Source of the DNA: Eledone cirrhosa
Lineage: Eukaryota
Assembly: GCA_964016885.1 (NCBI GenBank)
Contig: OZ024745.1
Span: 82,212,001 to 82,276,000, forward strand
DNA length: 64,000 nucleotides
Reading direction: 5' to 3'
A model generated the notes under the pieces. The model saw nothing but the letters and a program-made list of their open reading frames with translations, was not told the origin of the DNA and made no database searches. Shown here one piece after another: positions 16,301 through 32,600 of the stretch. Each line of letters starts with the position of its first letter. Within the stretch, counting starts at the first letter, position 1. Position numbers and translations under genes: made by a program.

Positions 16301-19300
16301 AATTGATAACATATTCCCACAAAATTAATAATCCACTCTCACTAAATTGATAACATATTTTCACAAAATTAATAATCCACTCACACCAAATTGATAACAT
16401 ATTCCCACAAAATTAATAATTCACTCACACCAAATTGATAACATATTCCCACAAAATTGATTATTCACTCATAGCAATTTGATAACATATTCCCACAAAA
16501 TTGATAATTCACTCACACGAAATTGATAACATATTCCCACAAAATTAATAATCGACTCACAGCAAATTGATAACATATTCCCACAAAATTAATAATCCAC
16601 TCACACCCAATTGATAACATATTCCCACAAAATTAATAATTCACTCACACCAAATTGATAACATATTCCCACAAAATTGATTATTCACTCTTATCAAATT
16701 GATAACACATTCCCATTAAACTGAAAATTCACTCGCACTAAATTGATAACATATTCCCACAAAATTGATAATGCTCTCACACAAAATTGATAACATATTC
16801 CCACAGAATTAATAATTCACTCGCACCAAATTGATAACATTTTACCACAAAATTAATAATCCTCTCACACCAAATTGATAACGTATTCCCAGAATATTAA
16901 TAATCCACTCACACCAAATTCATAACTTATTCCCACAAAATTGATAATTCACTCACAGGAAATTGATAACATATTCCCACAAAATTGATAATTCACTCGC
17001 ACCAAATTGATAACATATTCCCACAAAATTGATTATTCACTCATAGCAATTTGATAACATATTCCCACAAAATTGATAATTCACTCACACGAAATTGATA
17101 ACATATTCCCACAAAATTAATAATCGACTCACAGCAAATTGATAACATATTCCCACAAAATTAATAATCCACTCACACCCAATTGATAACATATTCCCAC
17201 AAAATTAATAATTCACTCACACCAAATTGATAACATATTCCCACAAAATTGATTATTCACTCTTATCAAATTGATAACACATTCCCATTAAACTGAAAAT
17301 TCACTCGCACTAAATTGATAACATATTCCCACAAAATTGATAATGCTCTCACACAAAATTGATAACATATTCCCACAGAATTAATAATTCACTCGCACCA
17401 AATTGATAACATTTTACCACAAAATTAATAATCCTCTCACACCAAATTGATAACGTATTCCCAGAATATTAATAATCCACTCACACCAAATTCATAACTT
17501 ATTCCCACAAAATTGATAATTCACTCACACGAAATTGATAACATATTCCCACAAAATTGATGATTCACTCGCACCAAATTGATAACATATTCTCACAAAA
17601 TTAATAATCGACTCACAGCAAATTGATAACATATTCCCACAAAATTAATAATCCACTCACACCCAATTGATAACATATTCCCACAAAATTAATAATTCAC
17701 TCACACCCAATTGATAACATATTCCCACAAATTTGATAATTCACTCGCACCAAATTGATAACATATTCCCAGAAAATTAATAATTCACTCACACCAAATT
17801 GACAACATATCCCCATTAAACTGATACTTCAATCACACACAATTGATAACATATTCCCACAAAATTGATAATTCACTCACACCAAATTGATAACTTATTC
17901 CCATAAAATTAATAATTCACTCACACCAAATTGATAACATATTTCCACAAAATTGATAATTCACTCGCACCAAATTGATAACATATTCCCACAAAATTAA
18001 GAATCGACTCACAGCAAATTGATAACATATTCCCACAAAATTAATAATCCACTCACACTAAATTGATAACGTATTGCCACAAAATTAATAATCCCCTCAC
18101 ACCAAATTGATAACATATTCCCACAAAATTGATTATTCACTCTTACCAAATTGATAACACATTCCCATTAAACTGATAATTCACTCGCACTAAATTGATA
18201 ACATATTCCCACAAAATTGATAATGCTCTCACACCAAATTGATAACATATTCCCACAAAATTAATAATTCACTCACAACAAATTGATAACTTATTCCCAC
18301 AAAATTGATAATTCAATCACACCCAATTGATAACATATTCCCACAGCATTGATAATTCACTCGCACCAAATTGATAACATATTCCCACAAAATTAATAAT
18401 TCACTCACACCAAATTGATGACATATTTCCATAATATTTATAATTAACTCGCACCAAATTAATAACGTATTCCCACAAAATTAATAATTCACGCACACCA
18501 AATTGATAACATTCCCACAAAATTAATAATCCTCTCGCACCAAATTGATAACATATTCCCACAAAATTAATAATCCACTCACACCAAATTGATAACATAT
18601 TCCCACAAAATTAATAATCCACTCACACCAATTGATAACATATTCCCACAAAATTAATAATCCACTCACACCAAATTGATAACATTCCCACAAAATTAAT
18701 AATCCACTCACACCAAATTGATAACATATTCCCACAAAATTAATAATCCACTCACACCAAATTGATAACATATTCCCAGAAAATTAGTAATTCACTCACA
18801 CCAAATTGATAACATATTCCCAATAAACAGATAATTCAATCACACGAAATTGATAACATATTTCCAGAAAATTAATAATTCACTCACACGAAATTGATAA
18901 CTTATTTCCAGAAAATTAATAATCCTCTCACACCAAATTGATAACATATTCCCAGAAAATTGATAATTCACTCCCACCAAATTGATAACATATTCCCACA
19001 AAATTGATAATGCTCTCACACGAAATTGATAACATATTCCCTCAAAATTAATAATTAACTCACACCAAATTGATAACTTATTCCCACAAAGTTGATAATT
19101 CAATTACACACAATTGATAACATATTCCCACAAAATTAATAATTCACTCACACGAAATTGATAACATAATCCCATAAAATTAATAATCCACTCACACCAA
19201 ATTGATAACGTATTCCCACAAAATTAATAATCCACTCTCACCAAATTGATAACATATTCCCACAAAATTGATAATGCTCTCACACGAAATTGATAACATA

Positions 19301-22300
19301 TTCCCTCAAAATTAATAATTAACTCACACCAAATTGATAACTTATTCCCACAAAGTTAATAATTCAATTACACACAATTGATAACATATTCCCACAAAAT
19401 TAATAATTCACTCACACGAAATTGATAACATAATCCCATAAAATTAATAATCCACACACAAAATTGATAACGTATTCCCACAAAATTAATAATCCACCCA
19501 CACCAAATTGATAACATATTCACACAAAATTAATAATTCAGTCACACCAAATTGATAACATATTCCCACAAAATTGATTATTCACTCATAGCAATTTGAT
19601 AACATATTCCCACAAAATTAATAATTCACTCACACCAAATTGATAACATATTTCCACAAAATTGATAATTCACTCGCACCAAATTGATAACATATTCCCA
19701 CAAAATTAATAATCGACTCACAGCAAATTGATAACATATTCCCACAAAATTAATAATCCACTCACACTAAATTGATAACGTATTGCCACAAAATTAATAA
19801 TCCACTCACACCAAATTGATAACATATTCCCACAAAATTGATTATTCACTCTTACCAAATTGATGACACATTCCCATTAAACTGATAATTCACTCGCACT
19901 AAATTGATAACATATTCCCACAAAATTGATAATGCTCTCACACCAAATTGATAACATATTCCCACAAAATTAATAATTCACTCACAACAAATTGATAAAT
20001 TATTCCCACAAAATTGATAATTCAATCACACCCAATTGATAACATATTCCCACAGCATTGATAATTCACTCGCACCAAATTGATAACATATTCCCACAAA
20101 ATTAATAATTCACTGACACCAAATTGATGACATATTCCCATAATATTTATAATTAACTCGCACCAAATTAATAACGTATTCCCACAAAATTAATAATTCA
20201 CGCACACCAAATTGATAACATATTCCCACAAAATTAATAATCCACTCTCACTAAATTGATAACATATTTTCACAAAATTAATAATCCACTCACACCAAAT
20301 TGATAACATATTCCCACAAAATTAATAATTCACTCACACCAAATTGATAAAATATTCCCACAAAATTGATTATTCACTCATAGCAATTTGATAACATATT
20401 CCCACAAAATTAATAATTCACTCACACCAAATTGATAACATATTTCCACAAAATTGATAATTCACTCGCACCAAATTGATAACATATTCCCACAAAATTA
20501 ATAATCGACTCACAGCAAATTGATAAAATATTCCCACAAAATTAATAATCCACTCACACTAAATTGATAACGTATTGCCACAAAATTAATAATCCACTCA
20601 CACCAAATTGATAACATATTCCCACAAAATTGATTATTCACTCTTACCAAATTGATGACACATTCCCATTAAACTGATAATTCACTCGCACTAAATTGAT
20701 AACATATTCCCACAAAATTAATAATTCACTCACAACAAATTGATAAATTATTCCCACAAAATTGATAATTCAATCACACCCAATTGATAACATATTCCCA
20801 CAGCATTGATAATTCACTCGCACCAAATTGATAACATATTCCCACAAAATTAATAATTCACTCACACCAAATTGATGACATATTCCCATAATATTTATAA
20901 TTAACTCGCACCAAATTAATAACGTATTCCCACAAAATTAATAATTCACGCACACCAAATTGATAACATTCCCACAAAATTAATAATCCTCTCGCACCAA
21001 ATTGATAACATATTCCCACAAAATTAATAATCCACTCACACCAAATTGATAACATATTCCCACAAAATTAATAATCCACTCACACCAAATTGATAACATA
21101 TTCCCACAAAATTAATAATCCACTCACACCAAATTGATAACATTCCCACAAAATTAATAATCCACTCACACCAAATTGATAACATATTCCCACAAAATTA
21201 ATAATCCACTCACACCAAATTGATAACATATTCCCACAAAATTAATAATCCACTCACACCAAATTGATAACATTCCCACAAAATTAATAATCCACTCACA
21301 CCAAATTGATAACATATTCCCACAAAATTAATAATCCACTCACACCAAATTGATAACATATTCCCAGAAAATTAGTAATTCACTCACACCAAATTGATAA
21401 CATATTCCCAATAAACAGATAATTCAATCACACGAAATTGATAACATATTTCCACAAAATTAATAATTCACTCACACGAAATTGATAACTTATTTCCAGA
21501 AAATTAATAATCCTCTCACACCAAATTGATAACATATTCCCAGAAAATTGATAATTCACTCCCACCAAATTGATAACATATTCCCACAAAATTGATAATG
21601 CTCTCACACGAAATTGATAACATATTCCCTCAAAATTAATAATTAACTCACACCAAATTGATAACTTATTCCCACAAAGTTGATAATTCAATTACACACA
21701 ATTGATAACATATTCCCACAAAATTAATAATTCACTCACACGAAATTGATAACATAATCCCATAAAATTAATAATCCACTCACACCAAATTGATAACGTA
21801 TTCCCACAAAATTAATAATCCACTCACACCAAATTGATAACATATTCCCACAAAATTGATAATGCTCTCACACGAAATTGATAACATATTCCCTCAAAAT
21901 TAATAATTAACTCACACCAAATTGATAACTTATTCCCACAAAGTTAATAATTCAATTACACACAATTGATAACATATTTCCACAAAATTGATAATTCACT
22001 CCCACCAAATTGATAACTTATTCCCATAAAATTAATAATTCACTCACACCAAATTGATAACATATTCCCACAAAATTGATTATTCACTCTTACCAAATTG
22101 ATAACACATTCCCATTAAACTGATAATTCACTCGCACTAAATTGATAACATATTCCCACAAAATTGATAATGCTCTCACACCAAATTGATAACATATTTC
22201 CACAAAATTAATAATTCACTCACAACAAATTGATAATTATTCCCACAAAATTGATAATTCAATCACACCCAATTGATAACATATTCCCACAGCATTGATA

Positions 22301-22979
22301 ATTCACTCGCACCAAATTGATAACATATTCCCACAAAATTAATAATCCACTCACACCAAATTGATAACATATTCCCACAAAATTGATAATTCACTCGCAC
22401 CAAATTGATAACATATTCCCACAAAATTAATAATCGACTCACAGCAAATTGATAACATATTCCCACAAAATTAATAATCCACTCACACCAAATTGATATC
22501 GTATTCCCACAAAATTAATAATCTACTCACACCAAATTGATAACATATTCCCACAAAATTAATAATTCACTCACACCAAATTGATAACATATACCCACAA
22601 AATTGATTATTCACTCTTACCAAATTGATAACACATTCCCATTAAACTGATAATTAACTGGCACAAAATTGATAACATATTCCCACAAAATTGATAATGC
22701 TCTCACACGAAATTGATAACATATTCCCTCAAAATTAATAATTAACTCACACCAAATTGATAACTTATTCCCACAAAGTTGATAATTCAATTACACACAA
22801 TTGATAACATATTCCCACAAAATTAATAATTCACTCACACGAAATTGATAACATAATCCCATAAAATTAATAATCCACTCACACCAAATTGATAACGTAT
22901 TCCCACAAAATTAATAATCCACTCACACCAAATTGATAACATATTCCCACAAAATTAATAATTCACTCACACCAAATTG

Positions 22980-25350
22980 ATAACATATTCCCACAAAATT
23001 GATTATTCACTCATAGCAATTTGATAACATATTCCCACAAAATTAATAATTGACTCACACCAAATTGATAACATATTCCCATAAAATTTATAATTCACTC
23101 GCACCAAATTGATAACGTATTCCCACAAAATTAATAATTCACGCACACCAAATTGATAACATATTCCCACAAAATTAATAATCCACTCTCACTAAATTGA
23201 TAACATATTTTCACAAAATTAATAATCCACTCACACCAAATTGATAACATATTCCCACAAAATTAATAATTCACTCACACCAAATTGATAACATATTCCC
23301 ACAAAATTGATTATTCACTCATAGCAATTTGTTAACATATTCCCACAAAATTGATAATTCACTCACACGAAATTGATAACATATTCCCACAAAATTAATA
23401 ATCGACTCACAGCAAATTGATAACATATTCCCACAAAATTAATAATCCACTCACACCCAATTGATAACATATTCCCACAAAATTAATAATTCACTCACAC
23501 CAAATTGATAACATATTCCCACACAATTGATTATTCACTCTTATCAAATTGATAACACATTCCCATTAAACTGAAAATTCACTCGCACTAAATTGATAAC
23601 ATATTCCCACAAAATTGATAATGCTCTCACACAAAATTGATAACATATTCCCACAGAATTAATAATTCACTCGCACCAAATTGATAACATTTTACCACAA
23701 AATTAATAATCCTCTCACACCAAATTGATAACGTATTCCCAGTATATTAATAATCCACTCACACCAAATTCATAACTTATTCCCACAAAATTGATAATTC
23801 ACTCACACGAAATTGGTAACATATTCCCACAAAATTGATAATTCACTCGCACCAAATTGATAACATATTCTCACAAAATTAATAATCGACTCACAGCAAA
23901 TTGATAACATATTCCCACAAAATTAATAATCCACTCACACCCAATTGATAACATATTCCCACAAAATTAATAATTCACTCACACCCAATTGATAACATAT
24001 TCCCACAAATTTGATAATTCACTCGCACCAAATTGATAACATATTCCCAGAAAATTAATAATTCACTCACACCAAATTGACCACATATCCCCATTAAACT
24101 GATACTTCAATCACACACAATTGATAACATATTCCCACAAAATTGATAATTCACTCACACCAAATTGATAACATATTCCCACAAAATTGATTATTCACTC
24201 ATAGCAATTTGATAACATATTCCCACAAAATTAATAATTGACTCACACCAAATTGATAACATATTCCCATGAAATTTATAATTCACTCGCACCAAATTGA
24301 TAACGTATTCCCACAAAATTAATAATTCACGCACACCAAATTGATAACATATTCCCACAAAATTAATAATCCACTCTCACTAAATTGATAACATATTTTC
24401 ACAAAATTAATAATCCACTCACACCAAATTGATAACATATTCCCACAAAATTAATAATTCACTCACACCAAATTGATAACATATTCCCACAAAATTGATT
24501 ATTCACTCATAGCAATTTGATAACATATTCCCACAAAATTGATAATTCTCTCACACGAAATTGATAACATATTCCCACAAAATTAATAATCCACTCACAC
24601 CAAATTGATAACATATTCCCACAAAATTAATAATCCACTCACACCCAATTGATAACATATTCCCACAAAATTAATAATTCACTCACACCAAATTGATAAC
24701 ATATTCCCACACAATTGATTATTCACTCTTATCAAATTGATAACACATTCCCATTAAACTGAAAATTCACTCGCACTAAATTGATAACATATTCCCACAA
24801 AATTGATAATGCTCTCACACAAAATTGATAACATATTCCCACAGAATTAATAATTCACTCGCACCAAATTGATAACATTTTACCACAAAATTAATAATCC
24901 TCTCACACCAAATTGATAACGTATTCCCAGAATATTAATAATCCACTCACACCAAATTCATAACTTATTCCCACAAAATTGATAATTCACTCACACGAAA
25001 TTGGTAACATATTCCCACAAAATTGATAATTCACTCGCACCAAATTGATAACATATTCTCACAAAATTAATAATCGACTCACAGCAAATTGATAACATAT
25101 TCCCACAAAATTAATAATCCACTCACACCCAATTGATAACATATTCCCACAAAATTAATAATTCACTCACACCCAATTGATAACATATTCCCACAAATTT
25201 GATAATTCACTCGCACCAAATTGATAACATATTCCCAGAAAATTAATAATTCACTCACACCAAATTGACAACATATCCCCATTAAACTGATACTTCAATC
25301 ACACACAATTGATAACATATTTCCACAAAATTGATAATTCACTCACACCA
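22980..25350 (+). repeat. Tandem duplication, 1188-bp unit (27 monomers)
   Basis: The private variant ATTGGTAAC (GG at 23815 and 25003) and CATAACTT (23771 and 24959) both have an offset of 1188. Ends are approximate. Confidence 0.8.
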
Positions 25351-26649
25351 AATTGATAACTTATTCCCATAAAATTAATAATTCACTCACACCAAATTGA
25401 TAACATATTTCCACAAAATTGATAATTCACTCGCACCAAATTGATAACATATTCCCACAAAATTAAGAATCGACTCACAGCAAATTGATAACATATTCCC
25501 ACAAAATTAATAATCCACTCACACTAAATTGATAACGTATTGCCACAAAATTAATAATCCCATCACACCAAATTGATAACATATTCCCACAAAATTGATT
25601 ATTCAATCTTACCAAATTGATAACACATTCCCATTAAACTGATAATTCACTCGCACTAAATTGATAACATATTCCCACAAAATTGATAATGCTCTCACAC
25701 CAAATTGATAACATATTCCCACAAAATTAATAATTCACTCACAACAAATTGATAACTTATTCCCACAAAATTGATAATTCAATCACACCCAATTGATAAC
25801 ATATTCCCACAGCATTGATAATTCACTCGCACCAAATTGATAACATATTCCCACAAAATTAATAATTCACTCACACCAAATTGATGACATATTTCCATAA
25901 TATTTATAATTAACTCGCACCAAATTAATAACGTATTCCCACAAAATTAATAATTCACGCACACCAAATTGATAACATTCCCAAAAAATTAATAATCCTC
26001 TCGCACCAAATTGATAACATATTCCCACAAAATTAATAATCCACTCACACCAAATTGATAACATATTCCCACAAAATTAATAATCCACTCACACCAAATT
26101 GATAACATATTCCCACAAAATTAATAATCCACTCACACCAAATTGATAACATTCCCACAAAATTAATAATCCAATTACACCAAATTGATAACATATTCCC
26201 ACAAAATTAATAATCCACTCACACCAAATTGATAACATATTCCCAGAAAATTAGTAATTCACTCACACCAAATTGATAACATATTCCCAATAAACAGATA
26301 ATTCAATCACACGAAATTGATAACATATTTCCACAAAATTAATAATTCACTCACACGAAATTGATAACTTATTCCCAGAAAATTAATAATCCTCTCACAC
26401 CAAATTGATAACATATTCCCAGAAAATTGATAATTCACTCCCACCAAATTGATAACATATTCCCACAAAATTGATAATGCTCTCACACGAAATTGATAAC
26501 ATATTCCCTCAAAATTAATAATTAACTCACACCAAATTGATAACTTATTCCCACAAAGTTGATAATTCAATTACACACAATTGATAACATATTCCCACAA
26601 AATTAATAATTCACTCACACGAAATTGATAACATAATCCCATAAAATTA

Positions 26650-29600
26650 ATATCCACTCACACCAAATTGATAACGTATTCCCACAAAATTAATAATCCA
26701 CTCACACCAAATTGATAACATATTCCCACAAAATTAATAATTCACTCACACCAAATTGATAACATATTCCCACAAAATTGATTATTCACTCATAGCAATT
26801 TGATAACATATTCCCACAAAATTAATAATTGACTCACACCAAATTGATAACATATTCCCATAAAATTTATAATTCACTCGCACCAAATTGATAACGTATT
26901 CCCACAAAATTAATAATTCACGCACACCAAATTGATAACATATTCCCACAAAATTAATAATCCACTCTCACTAAATTGATAACATATTTTCACAAAATTA
27001 ATAATCCACTCACACCAAATTGATAACATATTCCCACAAAATTAATAATTCACTCACACAAAATGGATAACATATTCCCACAAAATTGATTATTCACTCA
27101 TAGCAATTTGATAACATATTCCCACAAAATTAATAATTCACTCACACCAAATTGATAACATATTCCCATAAAATTTATAATTCACTCGCACCAAATTGAT
27201 AACATATTCCCATGAAACTGATAATTCAATCCCACACAATTGATAACATATTTCCACTCACTCACACCCAATTGATAACTTATTCCCAGAAAATTAATAA
27301 TCCACTCACACCAAAGTGATAACTTATTCCTATAAAATTAATAATTCACTCACACCAAATTGATAACATATTCCCACAAAATTAATAATCCACTCACACC
27401 AAATTGATAACGTATTCCCAGAATATTAATAATCCACTCACACCAAATTCATAACTTATTCCCACAAAATTGATAATTCACTCACACGAAATTGATAACA
27501 TATTCCCACAAAATTGATAATTCACTCGCACCAAATTGATAACATATTCTCACAAAATTAATAATCGACTCACAGCAAATTGATAACATATTCCCACAAA
27601 ATTAATAATCCACTCACGCCCAATTGATAACATATTCCCACAAAATTAATAATTCACTCGCACTAACTTGATAACATATTCCCACAAAATTGATAATGCT
27701 CTCACACAAAATTGATAACATATTCCCACAGAATTAATAATTCACTCACACCAAATTGATAACTTATTCCCACAAAATTGATAATTCAATCACACCCAAT
27801 TGATAACATATTCCCACAAATTTGATAATTCACTCGCACCAAATTGATAACATATTCCCACAAAATTAATAATTCACTCACACCAAATTGACAACATATT
27901 CCCATAAAATTTATAATTCACTCGCACCAAATTGATAACGTATTCCCAGAAAATTAATAATTCACTCACACCAAATTGATAACATATCCCCATTAAACTG
28001 ATACTTCAATCACACACAATTGATAACATATTCCCACAAAATTGATAATTCACTCACACCAAATTGATAACTTATTCCCATAAAATTAATAATTCACTCA
28101 CACCAAATTGATAACATATTTCCACAAAATTGATAATTCACTCGCACCAAATTGATAACATATTCCCACAAAATTAATAATCGACTCACAGCAAATTGAT
28201 AACATATTCCCACAAAATTAATAATCCACTCACACTAAATTGATAACGTATTGCCACAAAATTAATAATCCCCTCACACCAAATTGATAACATATTCCCA
28301 CAAAATTGATTATTCACTCTTACCAAATTGATAACACATTCCCATTAAACTGATAATTCACTCGCACTAAATTGATAACATATTCCCACAAAATTGATAA
28401 TGCTCTCACACCAAATTGATAACATATTCCCACAAAATTAATAATTCACTCACAACAAATTGATAACGTATTGCCACAAAATTAATAATCCACTCACACC
28501 CAATTGATAACATATTCCCAGAAAATTGATTATTCACTCTTACCAAATTGATAACACATTCCCATTAAACTGATAATTCACTCGCACTAAATTGATAACA
28601 TATTCCCACAAAATTGATAATGCTCTCACACCAAATTGATAACATATTCCCACAAAATTAATAATTCACTCACAACAAATTGATAACTTATTCCCACAAA
28701 ATTGATAATTCAATCACACCCAATTGATAACATATTCCCACAGCATTGATAATTCACTCGCACCAAATTGATAACATATTCCCACAAAATTAATAATTCA
28801 CTCACACCAAATTGAGGACATATTCCCATAATATTTATAATTAACTCGCACCAAATTAATAACGTATTCCCACAAAATTAATAATTCACGCACACCAAAT
28901 TGATAACATATTCCCTCAAAATTAATAATTAACTCACACCAAATTGATAACTTATTCCCACAAAGTTGATTATTCAATTACACACAATTGATAACATATT
29001 CCCACAAAATTAATAATTCACTCACACGAAATTGATAACATAATCCCATAAAATTAATAATCCACTCACACCAAATTGATAACGTATTCCCACAAAATTA
29101 ATAATCCACTCACACCAAATTGATAACATATTCCCACAAAATTAATAATTCACTCACACCAAATTGATAACATATTCCCACAAAATTGATTATTCACTCA
29201 TAGCAATTTGATAACATATTCCCACAAAATTAATAATTGTCTTACACCAAATTGATAACATATTCCCATAAAATTTATAATTCACTCGCACCAAATTGAT
29301 AACGTATTCCCACAAAATTAATAATTCACGCACACCAAATTGATAACATATTCCTACAAAATTAATAATCCACTCTCACTAAATTGATAACATATTTTCA
29401 CAAAATTAATAATCCACTCACACCAAATTGATAACATATTCCCACAAAATTAATAATTCACTCACACCAAATTGATAACATATTCCCACAAAATTGATTA
29501 TTCACTCATAGCAATGTTATAACATATTCCCACAAAATTAATAATTCACTCACACCAAATTGATAACATATTCCCACAAAATTAGTAATTCACTCACACC

Positions 29601-32600
29601 AAATTGATAACATATTCCCATGAAACTGATAATTCAATCCCACACAATTGATAACAGATTTCCACTCACTCACACCCAATTGATAACTTATTCCCAGAAA
29701 ATTAATAATCCACTCACACCAAAGTGATAACTTATTCCTATAAAATTAATAATTCACTCACACCAAATTGATAACATATTCCCACAAAATTAATTATCCA
29801 CTCACACCAAATTGATAACATTTTACCACAAAATTAATAATCCTCTCACACCAAATTGATAACGTATTCCCAGAATATTAATAATCCACTCACACCAAAT
29901 TCATAACTTATTCCCACAAAATTGATAATTCACTCACACGAAATTGATAACATATTCCCACAAAATTGATAATTCACTCGCACCAAATTGATAACATATT
30001 CTCACAAAATTAATAATCGACTCACAGCAAATTGACAACATATTCCCACAAAATTAATAATCCACTCACACCCAATTGATAACATATTCCCACAAAATTA
30101 ATAATTCACTCACACCAAATTGATAACATATTCCCACAAAATTGATTATTCACTCTTATCAAATTGATAACACATTCCCATTAAACTGAAAATTCACTCG
30201 CACTAAATTGATAACATATTCCCACAAAATTGATAATGCTCTCACACAAAATTGATAACATATTCCCACAGAATTAATAATTCACTCACACCAAATTGAT
30301 AACTTATTCCCACAAAATTGATAATTCAATCACACCCAATTGATAACATATTCCCACAAATTTGATAATTCACTCGCACCAAATTGATAACATATTCCCA
30401 CAAAATTAATAATTCACTCACACCAAATTGACAACATATTCCCATAAAATTAATAATTCACTCACACCAAATTGATAACATATCCCCATTAAACTGATAC
30501 TTCAATCACACACAATTGATAACATATTCCCACAAAATTGATAATTCACTCACACCAAATTGATAACTTATTCCCATAAAATTAATAATTCACTCACACC
30601 AAATTGATAACATATTTCCACAAAATTGATAATTCACTCGCACCAAATTGATAACGTATTGCCACAAAATTAATAATCCACTCACAGCAAATTGATAACA
30701 TATTCCCACAAAATTAATAATCGACTCACAGCAAATTGATAACATATTCCCACAAAATTAATAATCCACTCACACTAAATTGATAACGTATGCCACAAAA
30801 TTAATAATCCACTCACACCAAATTGATAACATATTCCCACAAAATTGATTATTCACTCTTACCAAATTGATAACACATTCCCATTAAACTGATAATTCAC
30901 TCGCACTAAATTGATAACATATTCCCACAAAATTGATAATGCTCTCACACCAAATTGATAACATATTCCCACAAAATTAATAATTCACTCACAACAAATT
31001 GATAATTATTCCCACAAAATTGATAATTCAATCACACCCAATTGATAACATATTCCCACAGCATTGATAATTCACTCGCACCAAATTGATAACATATTCC
31101 CACAGAATTAATAATTCACTCACACCAAATTGAGGACATATTCCCATAATATTTATAATTAACTCGCACCAAATTAATAACGTATTCCCACAAAATTAAT
31201 AATTCACGCACACCAAATTGATAACATATTCCCTCAAAATTAATAATTAACTCACACCAAATTGATAACTTATTCCCACAAAGTTGATTATTCAATTACA
31301 CACAATTGATAACATATTCCCACAAAATTAATAAGTCACTCACACGAAATTGATAAAATAATCCCATAAAATTAATAATCCACTCACTCCAAATTGATAA
31401 CGTATTCCCACAAAATTAATAATCCACTCACACCAAATTGATAACATATTCCCACAAAATTAATAATTCACTCACACCAAATTGATAACATATTCCCACA
31501 AAATTGATTATTCACTCATAGCAATTTGATAACATATTCCCACAAAATTAATAATTGACTCACACCAAATTGATAACATATTCCCATAAAATTTATAATT
31601 CACTCGCACCAAATTGATAACGTATTCCCACAAAATTAATAATTCACGCACCCCAAATTGATAACATATTCCCACAAAATTAATAATCCACTCTCACTAA
31701 ATTGATAACATATTTTCACAAAATTAATAATCCACTCACACCAAATTGATAACATATTCCCACAAAATTAATAATTCACTCACACCAAATTGATAACATA
31801 TTCCCACAAAATTGATTATTCACTCATAGCAATTTGACAACATATTCCCACAAAATTAATAATTCACTCACACCAAATTGATAACATATTCCCATAAAAT
31901 TTATAATTCACTCGCACCAAATTGATAACGTATTCACACAAAATTAATAATTCACGCACACCAAATTGATAACATATTCCCACAAAATTAATAATCCACT
32001 TACACTAAATTGATAACATATTCCCACAAAATTAATAATCCACTCACACCAAATTGATAACATATTCCCACAAAATTAATAATCCACTCACACTAAATTG
32101 ATAACGTATTGCCACAAAATTAATAATCCACTCACACCAAATTGATAACATATTCCCACAAAATTAATAATTCACTCACACCAAATTGATAACATATTCC
32201 CACAAAATTGATTATTCACTCATAGCAATTTGATAACATATTCCCACAAAATTAATAATTGTCTTACACCAAATTGATAACATATTCCCATAAAATTTAT
32301 AATTCACTCGCACCAAATTGATAACGTATTCCCACAAAATTAATAATTCACGCACACCAAATTGATAACATATTCCTACAAAATTAATAATCCACTCTCA
32401 CTAAATTGATAACATATTTTCACAAAATTAATAATCCACTCACACCAAATTGATAACATATTCCCACAAAATTAATAATTCACTCACACCAAATTGATAA
32501 CATATTCCCACAAAATTGATTATTCACTCATAGCAATGTTATAACATATTCCCACAAAATTAATAATTCACTCACACCAAATTGATAACATATTCCCACA

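Larger units (their letters stand above)
1..26650 (+). repeat. Satellite domain A (TGATGACAT marker; recurring homogeneous runs containing 42-bp monomers)
   Basis: The marker monomer TGATGACATATT(C/T)CCATAATATTTATAATTAAC (or a one-base variant) recurs from ~1532 to ~25882. Blocks recur about every 2.5 kb, with a ~5.1-5.5 kb super-period. The right boundary is approximate. Confidence 0.75.
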
